Below are positions 12,656 to 20,604 of a stretch of DNA of 34,108 nt, in pieces. The DNA is taken from NCBI GenBank assembly GCA_947483975.1, contig CANKOL010000011.1, forward strand, positions 1-34,108, written 5' to 3'. This DNA is from Sandaracinaceae bacterium. GTDB taxonomy: Bacteria; Myxococcota_A; Polyangia; Polyangiales; JADJQN01. Under the pieces are notes generated by a model. The model did not search any database. It saw nothing but the letters and a program-made list of their open reading frames with translations, and was not told the DNA's origin. The position numbers were made by a program, and so were the translations under genes. How positions within the stretch are numbered: the first letter of the stretch is position 1; every line of letters starts with the position of its first letter.

Positions 12656-12819
12656 GCGCGGCGCGCGTCCTCGGAGTCGAGTGGCCGGTGCGCTGCAGTC
12701 AGCGTGTCGAGCGCAGCGGCGGTGGGCGCGATGCGCCCGAGTCGTGGTCGTGAGTCCACCTCGGATGCCTATTGCCAATCATGCTGTTTGCGAGCAGTCT
12801 CAACTCGAGGGGGTGAGTC

Positions 12820-12930
12820 ATGGTCTATATCATCGTGGGTCTCGCAGCCACCGTGGCGGGCGCGCTGGCGTTCACGTTCTTCGCGATCCGCACGGATCGC
12901 AGCGCACCGAAGGACCCGCCGAGCGAGTGA
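12820..12930 (+). CDS. Small single-TM protein (36 aa), below the ORF-track cutoff
   Basis: GAGGGGG RBS then ATG; MVYIIVGLAATVAGALAFTFFAIRTDRSAPKDPPSE*; mostly G/C third positions; fills an otherwise empty 350-nt gap. Confidence 0.65.
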   Translation: MVYIIVGLAATVAGALAFTFFAIRTDRSAPKDPPSE

Positions 12931-13005
12931 TGTGACGGGCTGAGCGTCAGACTTCGGCTCGCGTCGATGCTTGCGTTCCTGAGGGATCTCCGGCACACGG
13001 TTCGT

Positions 13006-13962
13006 ATGAACTACGTCGTCGGCGTACTCCTCTGCGTCGCATCCATCGGACTCTGTAGCGCGTGCTCGAACGAGCAGAGTCTCGCCCCTGATGGGGGCTC
13101 CACCACGACGGACGCGATGGTGACGCCGGACGCGCCGCCGGCTCCCATCGATGAGGGCATGAGCGACGCCGGTCCCCTTCGAGTGGACCCGCTCATGCCC
13201 ACCGTCGTGGGGCCATGCGGCGACTTCTCGACGACCGGAACGGTGATGCTCGCGGGGCCATCGGGCACATCCCGCGCAGCGCAGATCTGGGTGTCGGATG
13301 CGGCCGCCACGCTCGACGGTCCGTTGGTGTTCTACTGGCACGGCGCGGGCGGCTCACCCGACGAAGCGACCTCCGTGCTCGGTCCTGCGATGACGGACGT
13401 GCTCGCCGCCGGAGGCATCGTCGTCGCGCTGACGCACGATCCAGCCGCGGGGACGTTCCCGTGGTTCTTGACGGCCGGCACGCGCCAAGACGACCTCGAC
13501 TTCGCCGACGAGGCGGTCGCTTGCGCGGAGTCGACGATCGGTATCGACGAGCACCGGATCCACGCGATCGGCTTCTCCGCGGGCGCGCTGCACGTCGGGC
13601 AGATGGCGTTTCTCCGGACGAGCTATCTCGCGAGCGTCGTGACGTACTCCGGCGGGCTGATCGCGCGAAACGCGCCGACGCCCGACGCGCCGGACGCGCG
13701 CATCGCCGCGATGGCGCTCTTCGGCGGCGCCGACGACGTCGTCGTCATCAGCTTCACCACGGCGACGCGCAATTTCCGCGACGCGCTGCGACGCGGCGGG
13801 CACTTCGTGTTCACCTGCGATCACGGCATGGGCCACACGGTGCCGAGAGCGGCGATCCCGTTCGCTTGGCAGTTCCTGCAAGACCATCCGTACGGCGCGC
13901 AGCCGCCCGCCTATCAAGCGGGCTTGCCCGACGGCTTCTACGCGCCCTGCTCGCTGCTCTGA
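13006..13962 (+). CDS. Alpha/beta-hydrolase lipoprotein (PHB depolymerase/LpqP-like esterase)
   Basis: Signal peptide with CSAC lipobox-like end, PLVFYWHGAGG, nucleophile GFSAG, GGADD, HGMGH. Confidence 0.85.
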   Translation: MNYVVGVLLCVASIGLCSACSNEQSLAPDGGSTTTDAMVTPDAPPAPIDEGMSDAGPLRVDPLMPTVVGPCGDFSTTGTVMLAGPSGTSRAAQIWVSDAAATLDGPLVFYWHGAGGSPDEATSVLGPAMTDVLAAGGIVVALTHDPAAGTFPWFLTAGTRQDDLDFADEAVACAESTIGIDEHRIHAIGFSAGALHVGQMAFLRTSYLASVVTYSGGLIARNAPTPDAPDARIAAMALFGGADDVVVISFTTATRNFRDALRRGGHFVFTCDHGMGHTVPRAAIPFAWQFLQDHPYGAQPPAYQAGLPDGFYAPCSLL

Positions 13963-13978
13963 GCGGGGCGAGCGACCG

Positions 13979-15235
13979 TCACTCGACGCCGGGGCGTCCG
14001 CCGAACGGATGCCCGCCCATGTTGCGGCGGATCTCCGCCATCAGCTCCGGCGTGACCGCGGTCATGCCGCGGGCCCGCGCGTGCGCCTCGAGCCCGAGCT
14101 TCATGCGGTCGCGGATGAACCCCGGCACGCGCTCGAGCCGCAAGAGCGCGTCCGGCGTCCACGCCACCGCGACCGCGTTGCGCCGGGCGCCCGGCGGCGG
14201 TTCGTAGGTGCACCAAGGATCTTCCGCGGTCACGTCGCCGCTCGTCGCGAGGGCCCGCGCGCGGCAGCCGCCGCAGACGTCGACGTACTCACAGCGGCCG
14301 CAGCGACCGCTGAGCTCACGCGCGCGCAGCGTCTCGAGCGCGGGGGAGTCGGCCCAGAGGCTCGCGAGCCCGCCGTCGCGCACGTTGCCGAGCACCTGCG
14401 GCAGATACGGACACGGCGTCACTTCGCCCTCGGGCCCGATGCGCAGATAGCTCCGCCCCGCGATACAGCCGGTGCTTCCCGCCATCGGCACGCCGCGCTC
14501 GCTCGCGATGCGCGCCGCGTGAGGCGCACACTTGGCCCGCAGCATCAGCGTGCCGAGGAGGCTCTTCTGCCCCTCGACGAGCGCCTCGAGGCTCGCCTCG
14601 TACTGCGCCGGGGCGAGCCCTGAGAGCTGCTCGCCGCGCCCGGTGCACACGAGAAAATATGCGTTGAACGCGTGCACTCCCTTCGCGCGCGCGACGGCGA
14701 TCAGGTCGTCGAGCTCGGCGAGGTTCCACTCCATCAGCGTCGTCTGGAGGACGACCTCGAGCCCCGCCGCGCGGCACACCTCGATGGCGCGCATCGTCCG
14801 CGCCCACGCGCCCGGGACTCCGCGAAACGCGTCGTGCTTCGCGGCGTCCGTCGAGTCGAGGCTCAGCCCGACGCCGCGCACGCCCGCGCGCACGAGCCGC
14901 TGCGCGACGTCCTCGTCGAGCAGCACGCCGTTGCTGCCGAGCACGACGACCATCCCGCGCGCGGTCGCGCGCTCGGCGAGCTCGTAGAGGTCGGCCCGCA
15001 ACAGCGGCTCGCCGCCGGTCAAGATCAGCAGCTCTGTCCCAGCGTCGCCGAGCTCGTCGACTACGCGCAGCGCGTCCGCGGTCGAGAGCTCCGTGTCACG
15101 CCGCCGTCCGGCGTCGAGGTAGCAGTGCGGACAATGCAGGTTGCACGCGGCCGTCAGGTTCCACGAGACGACGCTCGGCCGTGCGGCGACGACGGGCAGC
15201 TTCACCTTGCCGCGGAGGGTGTCGAGCAGGCTCAC
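13979..15235 (-). CDS. Radical SAM/SPASM protein, AhbD/NirJ-like, with C-terminal PCP_red-like domain
   Basis: WNLTAACNLHCPHCY, LTGGEPLLRADL, LVCTGRG, CAPH, GCIAGRSY...PCPY, CGRCEYVDVCGGCRARA...EDPWC; tail WTPDALLRLERVPGFIRDRMK. Confidence 0.9.
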   Translation of the reverse strand: MSLLDTLRGKVKLPVVAARPSVVSWNLTAACNLHCPHCYLDAGRRRDTELSTADALRVVDELGDAGTELLILTGGEPLLRADLYELAERATARGMVVVLGSNGVLLDEDVAQRLVRAGVRGVGLSLDSTDAAKHDAFRGVPGAWARTMRAIEVCRAAGLEVVLQTTLMEWNLAELDDLIAVARAKGVHAFNAYFLVCTGRGEQLSGLAPAQYEASLEALVEGQKSLLGTLMLRAKCAPHAARIASERGVPMAGSTGCIAGRSYLRIGPEGEVTPCPYLPQVLGNVRDGGLASLWADSPALETLRARELSGRCGRCEYVDVCGGCRARALATSGDVTAEDPWCTYEPPPGARRNAVAVAWTPDALLRLERVPGFIRDRMKLGLEAHARARGMTAVTPELMAEIRRNMGGHPFGGRPGVE

Positions 15236-15241
15236 TGCGAC

Positions 15242-16558
15242 TCACATAAACACGTGCGCTTGGAGGGACAGATCCCACGCGCCGCCGGTGGGAGCGAAGT
15301 CACTCTCGGTGCGGCGTACCATCACGCGCAGCTCGGTGAACGGCCACGGGAAGAACTCCGCGACGAGCCCGGTCCTCGTCGAGGTGTGCCCCATCAGGTC
15401 CACGTTGGTGTCCATGAACTCGAGCGTCGCGACGAGGTCGAGCCCCTGCGTCACGACCCAGCCGAGCTCCTGATACGTCGCGTAGCCGACGAACGTCGGC
15501 ACCTCGAGGTCGTAGAAGTTGTCGCGCACGACGACGAGGTCCGCGAGGTAGGTGAACGGCCCGACGCTCGCCGTCACGAAGCCGCCGAAGCGCAGCTCGT
15601 TCAGCCCCTTGGCGATGCCCGACGGATTGAAGCCCGAGAGCCCACTCGCGAAGAGCGGATTGGCCTGATCGACGTTCTCGTTGAGCGCGAACGAGCCGCC
15701 GAGCTGGAGGCGCGCCCACGACCAGTTTGCGCGCGCGCTCAGCCGCGCGACGACCGCCTTCTCGAACGTGCGACGCTCGGTCCCGAAGGTGTCGAGCACG
15801 GGCGCCGTCAGCGTGCCGTTGAGCACGGCCGCCGTCAGCGTGAACGGGCCCGCGTAGCCCGTGAGCTCCACGCCGGTGTCGCGGTCCATGTTGCCGAAGC
15901 CGACCTCTTGCCGCGTGAAGAGCTGATGGCTCGCCTCGCGGATGCCGAACGTCGGGAAGAAGTGCCCCGCCTTGACGAGCAGGTTGAACGGCGCGTCGTC
16001 CTGCGCGTTCACGCGGAAGAGCGCCCACGCCTCGAAGCCCTGATACGGGCCGAGCTGCAGCACGAGGCGCACGTTCTGGTGCACCTGCGCGTCGAGGTAG
16101 AGGTACGACTCCATCAAGAAGAACGAGCTCGTGATGCTGGGCTCGCTCCCGGCGTCGATGCCGCGATCGGGCCGGATCCACAGGTACGCCATGCGCAGGT
16201 CCGCGCCGACGGCGAGCCAATCGGTGAGGTCGCCCGAGAAGTCGAGCGGCGAGGCGTCGTCGCTCGCCGTCGCGTCGCCCTCGATCGTCGCGAGCTCCTC
16301 GTCGGTCAGATCGAGCGAGGGAGGCGGCGCGGACGCGGTGCGCGAGAACATCGGCAGCCACGCGCGCTCGAAGACGTTGCGGCCGTACGAATTGCGCACG
16401 CCGCCGCCGCTCGGGTTGACGTGACACTGGATGCAGTCGCCGCCCGTGCGCGCGGCGAAGCGGGGGATGGCGCGCGCCGACGGCGGCGCCGACGCGGCGA
16501 GCGCGACGAGGGCGGTGACGACCAAGAGGGCCAGGCGATGGCGTGGACGGAGAGTCAT
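15242..16558 (-). CDS. Cyc2-like fused monoheme cytochrome c / outer-membrane beta-barrel
   Basis: Signal peptide, then AIPRFAARTGGDCIQCHVNPSGGGVRNSYGRNVF; the remainder is amphipathic beta-strands ending WDLSLQAHVFM. Confidence 0.75.
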   Translation of the reverse strand: MTLRPRHRLALLVVTALVALAASAPPSARAIPRFAARTGGDCIQCHVNPSGGGVRNSYGRNVFERAWLPMFSRTASAPPPSLDLTDEELATIEGDATASDDASPLDFSGDLTDWLAVGADLRMAYLWIRPDRGIDAGSEPSITSSFFLMESYLYLDAQVHQNVRLVLQLGPYQGFEAWALFRVNAQDDAPFNLLVKAGHFFPTFGIREASHQLFTRQEVGFGNMDRDTGVELTGYAGPFTLTAAVLNGTLTAPVLDTFGTERRTFEKAVVARLSARANWSWARLQLGGSFALNENVDQANPLFASGLSGFNPSGIAKGLNELRFGGFVTASVGPFTYLADLVVVRDNFYDLEVPTFVGYATYQELGWVVTQGLDLVATLEFMDTNVDLMGHTSTRTGLVAEFFPWPFTELRVMVRRTESDFAPTGGAWDLSLQAHVFM

Positions 16559-16561
16559 CGC

Positions 16562-17014
16562 TCAGGGACCCACGACGATCTCGTAGCCGTACATCTGCGC
16601 GGGGTGCGTGCGGCAGAACCAGGTCACGGTGCGCTGCGCGCAAAACGTCCACGCGAAGCGACTGCCGCCCGCGGCGAGACTGCCGCTGTCGAAGCCGCCG
16701 TTCTCGGCGGTGAGCGGCGCGCTCGGCGTGCCTGCGGTCGCGGTGTGCGGCATCGGCGAGGCGTTCACCCACGTCACGGTCTGCCCCGCGTGGATGTTCA
16801 AGAGGTGCTGATCGACGTCGAGCGCGTAGTAGCGGATCTGTGGGCCATCGTCGCGCGGCAGGGCGGGCCCTTCGACGCAGCCGTCGTCGTTGACGGGGCC
16901 GGTGTCCTCCGGCTCGCCGGCGTCAGGCTTCACGGCGAGCGGCGCGACGTAGCCGAAGTCGATGCAGCCGACGACGGTGCACGCAACGAGCGCGAGGAGC
17001 GCGTGCCTCAGCAC
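16562..17014 (-). CDS. Cupredoxin (plastocyanin/amicyanin-like blue copper) lipoprotein
   Basis: GTG 17014 overlaps the upstream stop; lipobox VVGC; GQTVTWVN...PHTAT...FDSG...WFCRTHPAQM (H, C, H, M ligands). Confidence 0.88.
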   Translation of the reverse strand: MLRHALLALVACTVVGCIDFGYVAPLAVKPDAGEPEDTGPVNDDGCVEGPALPRDDGPQIRYYALDVDQHLLNIHAGQTVTWVNASPMPHTATAGTPSAPLTAENGGFDSGSLAAGGSRFAWTFCAQRTVTWFCRTHPAQMYGYEIVVGP

Positions 17015-18531
17015 GGGTTCGGGTCGGTACACTGCTGCCGCGCTCCTTCCTCGATCCACTGTCGTACGAGCTGAATCTGGGCCGGGCTCAGGAACGGCGG
17101 ACCGTCGACCGGCATGCGCTGCCCAGCGACCGGAGAGTCGGCGACGAGCTTCTGATATAGGAGGCTGTCGTCGGGGCGGCAGCGCGCGAGGAGCACCGAG
17201 GCGCGCGCGGTGGTGCTCGAGTAGCTTTCGAAGCTCTGATCGCGGAACGGTCGGATCGAGGAGTGGCAATGCACGCAGCGTTCGTCGAGCAGCGGCTGGA
17301 TCATCGAGCGGTAGTCGACGCACGTGGTCGGCGGCACCGTGACGCAGCGCTCGGCGAAGTTGCCGTCACGATTGCCGGCGGCGTCGCGCGCGCGCACGAC
17401 CCAGCAATTCGTCTCGTTGGGAACGCGCCCGGGGAGCACCGCGCAGGTCTGGCCCGTGCCCGTCGTGAAGCGCGGCAGGCGCGTGAAGTTCTCGCCGCCA
17501 GGCAGGATTCCCTCGTAGACCTCGTAGACGAGCTTCTCGGCGGGCGTCGCGTCGTCGGTCGCCGCGGACCAGCACAGCTCCACGTGCGTCGGGTCGAGCA
17601 GGCGCGCCGTCGTGAGCCCCGCGAAGGCGGGCGGCGTGTCGTTCGCGCAGACGCCCGGCGTCGAGGGGCAGGTCTCGGACGCGCCTTGGTCGATCCAAGT
17701 CCGGACGAGCGCGAGCTGTTCGGACTCGAGGTACGGCCCGCCGAACGGCATCCGCGAGCCGATCGGGGGCAGCGACTGCGCGATCTTCAGGTAGAGCAGG
17801 CTCGCATCGGCGCGACACGGCACGACCACCTGCCGCAGCATCGAGCCAGTGCGCAGCCCAGCATACGAGCCGAGCACGAGGGCGCGCGGCGGCGAGGTGC
17901 CCGAGTGACAAGAGGTGCACGACGCGGTGAGCAGCGGCTGCACCTGAGTCGCGAAGTCGACGCAGCCGGGCACCGCGGAGACGACCGTCCGGTTACCGTC
18001 GGTCTGCTCGAATTGGTCGACCGCGCGCACGACGATGTAGTAGCGGCGGTTGGTGTCGAGGTCCTCGATGCGGACGTGATCGACGCCGACGACCGTGAGC
18101 GTCGGGATCGTCCAGTCGAAGCCGCCGGGCGCGCGCGCGACGAAGACCTCGTAGCGCAGCTCCTCGGCGGGCGTCGCGTCGACGGCGGCGGTCCACATCA
18201 CCTCGAGCGACGTCTCGGAGGCGGTCGTCGCCATCTGCGCGCCGGCGAACTCCGGCACGCCGTCACAGAAGCCGCGGTGGCAGGTCTCGCGGTCGAAGCA
18301 GCCTTGCTGCTGCCCGTCGCGCACGCCGCATTCGAGCCCGACCGTGCCCCCGAGCTGCCGCGCGGTATCACTCGGCAGGCAGAGGTCGTCCTCGTAGCAG
18401 AGCTCGTAATCCGCGCAGTCGTCGTCGCGGACGCACGGGAGACGGTCGGCAGAGGCCGTGCAGCTGGCAAGCGCGAGGCACAGCCCTATGGCAGTACAGC
18501 TCGCAAGCGCATGAAAATAGGTGCCGAACAC
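17008..18531 (-). CDS. Lipoprotein with Cys-rich N-terminus and two (FN3-like + Planctomycete-type cytochrome c) modules
   Basis: LASC lipobox; W.AA.D.TPAE.L.YEV...VVRA.D FN3-like units; VDFATQVQPLLTASCTSCH...SLLYLKI...RMP...WIDQGA and VDYRSMIQPLLDERCVHCH...SLLYQKL...RMP...WIEEGA. Confidence 0.85.
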   Translation of the reverse strand: MFGTYFHALASCTAIGLCLALASCTASADRLPCVRDDDCADYELCYEDDLCLPSDTARQLGGTVGLECGVRDGQQQGCFDRETCHRGFCDGVPEFAGAQMATTASETSLEVMWTAAVDATPAEELRYEVFVARAPGGFDWTIPTLTVVGVDHVRIEDLDTNRRYYIVVRAVDQFEQTDGNRTVVSAVPGCVDFATQVQPLLTASCTSCHSGTSPPRALVLGSYAGLRTGSMLRQVVVPCRADASLLYLKIAQSLPPIGSRMPFGGPYLESEQLALVRTWIDQGASETCPSTPGVCANDTPPAFAGLTTARLLDPTHVELCWSAATDDATPAEKLVYEVYEGILPGGENFTRLPRFTTGTGQTCAVLPGRVPNETNCWVVRARDAAGNRDGNFAERCVTVPPTTCVDYRSMIQPLLDERCVHCHSSIRPFRDQSFESYSSTTARASVLLARCRPDDSLLYQKLVADSPVAGQRMPVDGPPFLSPAQIQLVRQWIEEGARQQCTDPNPC

Positions 18532-18566
18532 GTGCCGGAGCCTTCACGTCGAGGGGGAGACTCAGT

Positions 18567-18580
18567 TTGAGTGAGGTCAA
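18567..18580. promoter_or_regulatory. FNR/CRP-family-like binding site between the divergent arms
   Basis: TTGAG-TGAG-GTCAA, 8/10 match to TTGAT-N4-ATCAA, centred in the 86-nt divergent gap. Confidence 0.55.
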
Positions 18581-18617
18581 GCGTAGCACCCCTGTCAGGG
18601 GTCTAGAGAGGTCCCGT

Positions 18618-19769
18618 ATGCTGGTCGGCCTCCTCGAGCGATCGGGGGTCGCGGGCTGCGCGATGAGTATCGTGCTCCTGACGGCTGCCGTCGCGGTCGC
18701 CCAAGTCGGCGGTGACGAAGCGCCTGTCGCGCCCCTCGAGGGCGCGTCGGGGGAGACGGCTGTGCCCGCCGTGGAAGTCGGCGTCGAGGGTGACGCGGTG
18801 GACGCCCCTGTCGCGCCCACCGACGGCACGGCCCCGACCGACGTCGCACGCGCGCCCGACGACGCCGTCGCACCCGAGGCTGCCGCCCCGCTACCACCTC
18901 ACCTCGACGCGGCGAGGCTCGCCATCGCCGAGCAGCGCGGCCGCTCGATCTACCGGAGCCGCTGCGCGACCTGCCACGGGCTCGCTGGCGACAGCCGAGG
19001 CCCGGCCGCGCGCTTCCTCGAGGTCGTGCCGCGCGACTTCACCTCGGGCGCCTACAAGTGGCGCACGACGACGAGCGGCGAGCTCCCGACCGACGCGGAC
19101 CTGATGCGCACCGTGCGGCGCGGCGCGCCCGGCACCGTCATGCCGAGCTGGGAGGGACGGCTCTCGCTCCGCGATATGTGGGCGGTGGTGCAGTACCTGA
19201 AGACGCTCTCCGCGCGGTTCCGCGAGGAGCCGACCGTCGCGCCGCTCCCGATGCCGACGAGCGTGCCGACGTTCGACGACGCCTCGCGCCGCCGCGGCCG
19301 CCTCGTCTACGTGCTCTTGCAATGTTGGACCTGCCACGGCACGGGCGGACGCGGCGACGGCCCCGCCGCCTCGACGCTCCGCGACGACAGCGGCCTCCGG
19401 GCCATCGCGTACGACTTCACCAGCGGGCAGATGCGCGGCGGCACTCGCCCGATCGACATCTACCGGACGTTCGCCACGGGCGTGAATGGCACGCCGATGC
19501 CCTCCTACGACGAAGCGCTGCTCGTCGGTCGCGACGGCTATCCGGACCTCAGCCGCTACCGGCAAGCGCTCTCTCCGGCGGGGATGCGCAACCTCACAGC
19601 GTTCGTTGCCCAGATGCCGACGACCGAGGCGCTCTGGGCGATGCCCGAGGAGCGCCGGGCCGCGTGGGGCACCCAAATGCGCTGGGATCTCGTCGCGTAT
19701 GTGCTGTCGCTCAGCGAGGGAAGCGCGCTCGGACGCTACCTCTCGGCGGCCCCCTACGTGACGCGATGA
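18618..19769 (+). CDS. Exported diheme cytochrome c (alternative start 18663)
   Basis: CATCH and [29 protein letters not shown]...GTVMPSW; GVNGTPMPSY; signal peptide ending AVAVAQ and an acidic Pro/Ala linker. Confidence 0.9.
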   Translation: MLVGLLERSGVAGCAMSIVLLTAAVAVAQVGGDEAPVAPLEGASGETAVPAVEVGVEGDAVDAPVAPTDGTAPTDVARAPDDAVAPEAAAPLPPHLDAARLAIAEQRGRSIYRSRCATCHGLAGDSRGPAARFLEVVPRDFTSGAYKWRTTTSGELPTDADLMRTVRRGAPGTVMPSWEGRLSLRDMWAVVQYLKTLSARFREEPTVAPLPMPTSVPTFDDASRRRGRLVYVLLQCWTCHGTGGRGDGPAASTLRDDSGLRAIAYDFTSGQMRGGTRPIDIYRTFATGVNGTPMPSYDEALLVGRDGYPDLSRYRQALSPAGMRNLTAFVAQMPTTEALWAMPEERRAAWGTQMRWDLVAYVLSLSEGSALGRYLSAAPYVTR

Positions 19770-19841
19770 CGAATCTCGGCCACACGGGCTCCCGGTTGGA
19801 ATACGAGAGCAGCATGACCGTCGAAGCATGGAGGTTTCGAG

Positions 19842-20555
19842 ATGAAGATCAGACCGTCGCTTATCGCGCTCCTGTCGATGCTCCCGCTGGGCGCGCTGCT
19901 CGTGGGGTACACGGCTCAGCCAGTCACCAACGGCGGGACGATCCAGGGCTCGGTGCACCTCACGGGCGCCGTACCGCGCCTGCAGCCGTATCCGGTGACC
20001 GACGCGACGCAGCAGGGCGCGTGCACTGCGTCCGTGGCGAACGAGGAGCTCGTCGTCGGTCCGGGGGGAACGCTCGGCAACGCGGTCGTCTGGATCGACG
20101 GCATCACCTCGGGCGCCCCGACGCGCCCTGCGGAGCTCACGCTCGATCAGCGCGGCTGCCGGTACACGCCGCGCGTGCAGGCGGCGTCGGTCGGGAGTCA
20201 GCTCACGGTGATCTCCTCGGACGCGACGCTGCACAACGTGCACGCGCGGGACGGCGCGCGGTCGGTCTTCAACATCGCGATGCCCGCCAAGGGGATGCGC
20301 GTCCGACGTCCGCTGCAGCGCCCCGGCATGGTCGAGGTGAAGTGCGACGCGGGGCATACGTGGATGCACGCGTGGATTCACGTCTTCGATCATCCGTACT
20401 TCGCGGTGACCGCGGCGGACGGGCGCTTCCGGATTCCGAACGTGCCGCCGGGCCACTACACGGTGAAGATCTGGCACGAGCGCTACCCGGTGCAGACGCA
20501 CCAGCTCGACGTGAGCGCCGCGGGCACGGCGACCTGGGACGTCTCCTTCCACTGA
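19842..20555 (+). CDS. Exported cupredoxin-like / carboxypeptidase-regulatory-like domain protein
   Basis: RBS GGAGG; signal peptide; LDQRGCRYTPRV, LHNVH, KCDAGHTWMHAWIHVFDHPYFAVT, GRFRIPNVPPGHYTVKIWHE. Confidence 0.85.
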   Translation: MKIRPSLIALLSMLPLGALLVGYTAQPVTNGGTIQGSVHLTGAVPRLQPYPVTDATQQGACTASVANEELVVGPGGTLGNAVVWIDGITSGAPTRPAELTLDQRGCRYTPRVQAASVGSQLTVISSDATLHNVHARDGARSVFNIAMPAKGMRVRRPLQRPGMVEVKCDAGHTWMHAWIHVFDHPYFAVTAADGRFRIPNVPPGHYTVKIWHERYPVQTHQLDVSAAGTATWDVSFH

Positions 20556-20604
20556 CGCTCGCCCCGACCGCGCGCGTGGCGCTCGGGCGCGCTATGGAGG
20601 CGGC

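Noticed and set aside
14009..14165. PCP_red-like domain as evidence of (bacterio)chlorophyll synthesis
   Set aside because: Only the small tail domain is present, with no bch/chl catalytic genes in the window.
13979..15235. Radical SAM/SPASM as a RiPP maturase
   Set aside because: No precursor peptide, PqqD/RRE domain or exporter is seen in its operon; the motifs and heme-rich context fit AhbD/NirJ-like enzymes better. Not fully excluded.
18270..18305. CFDRETCH as an extra atypical heme site
   Set aside because: It lies in a Cys-rich disulfide-type domain (followed by RGFC) with non-standard spacing; not counted.
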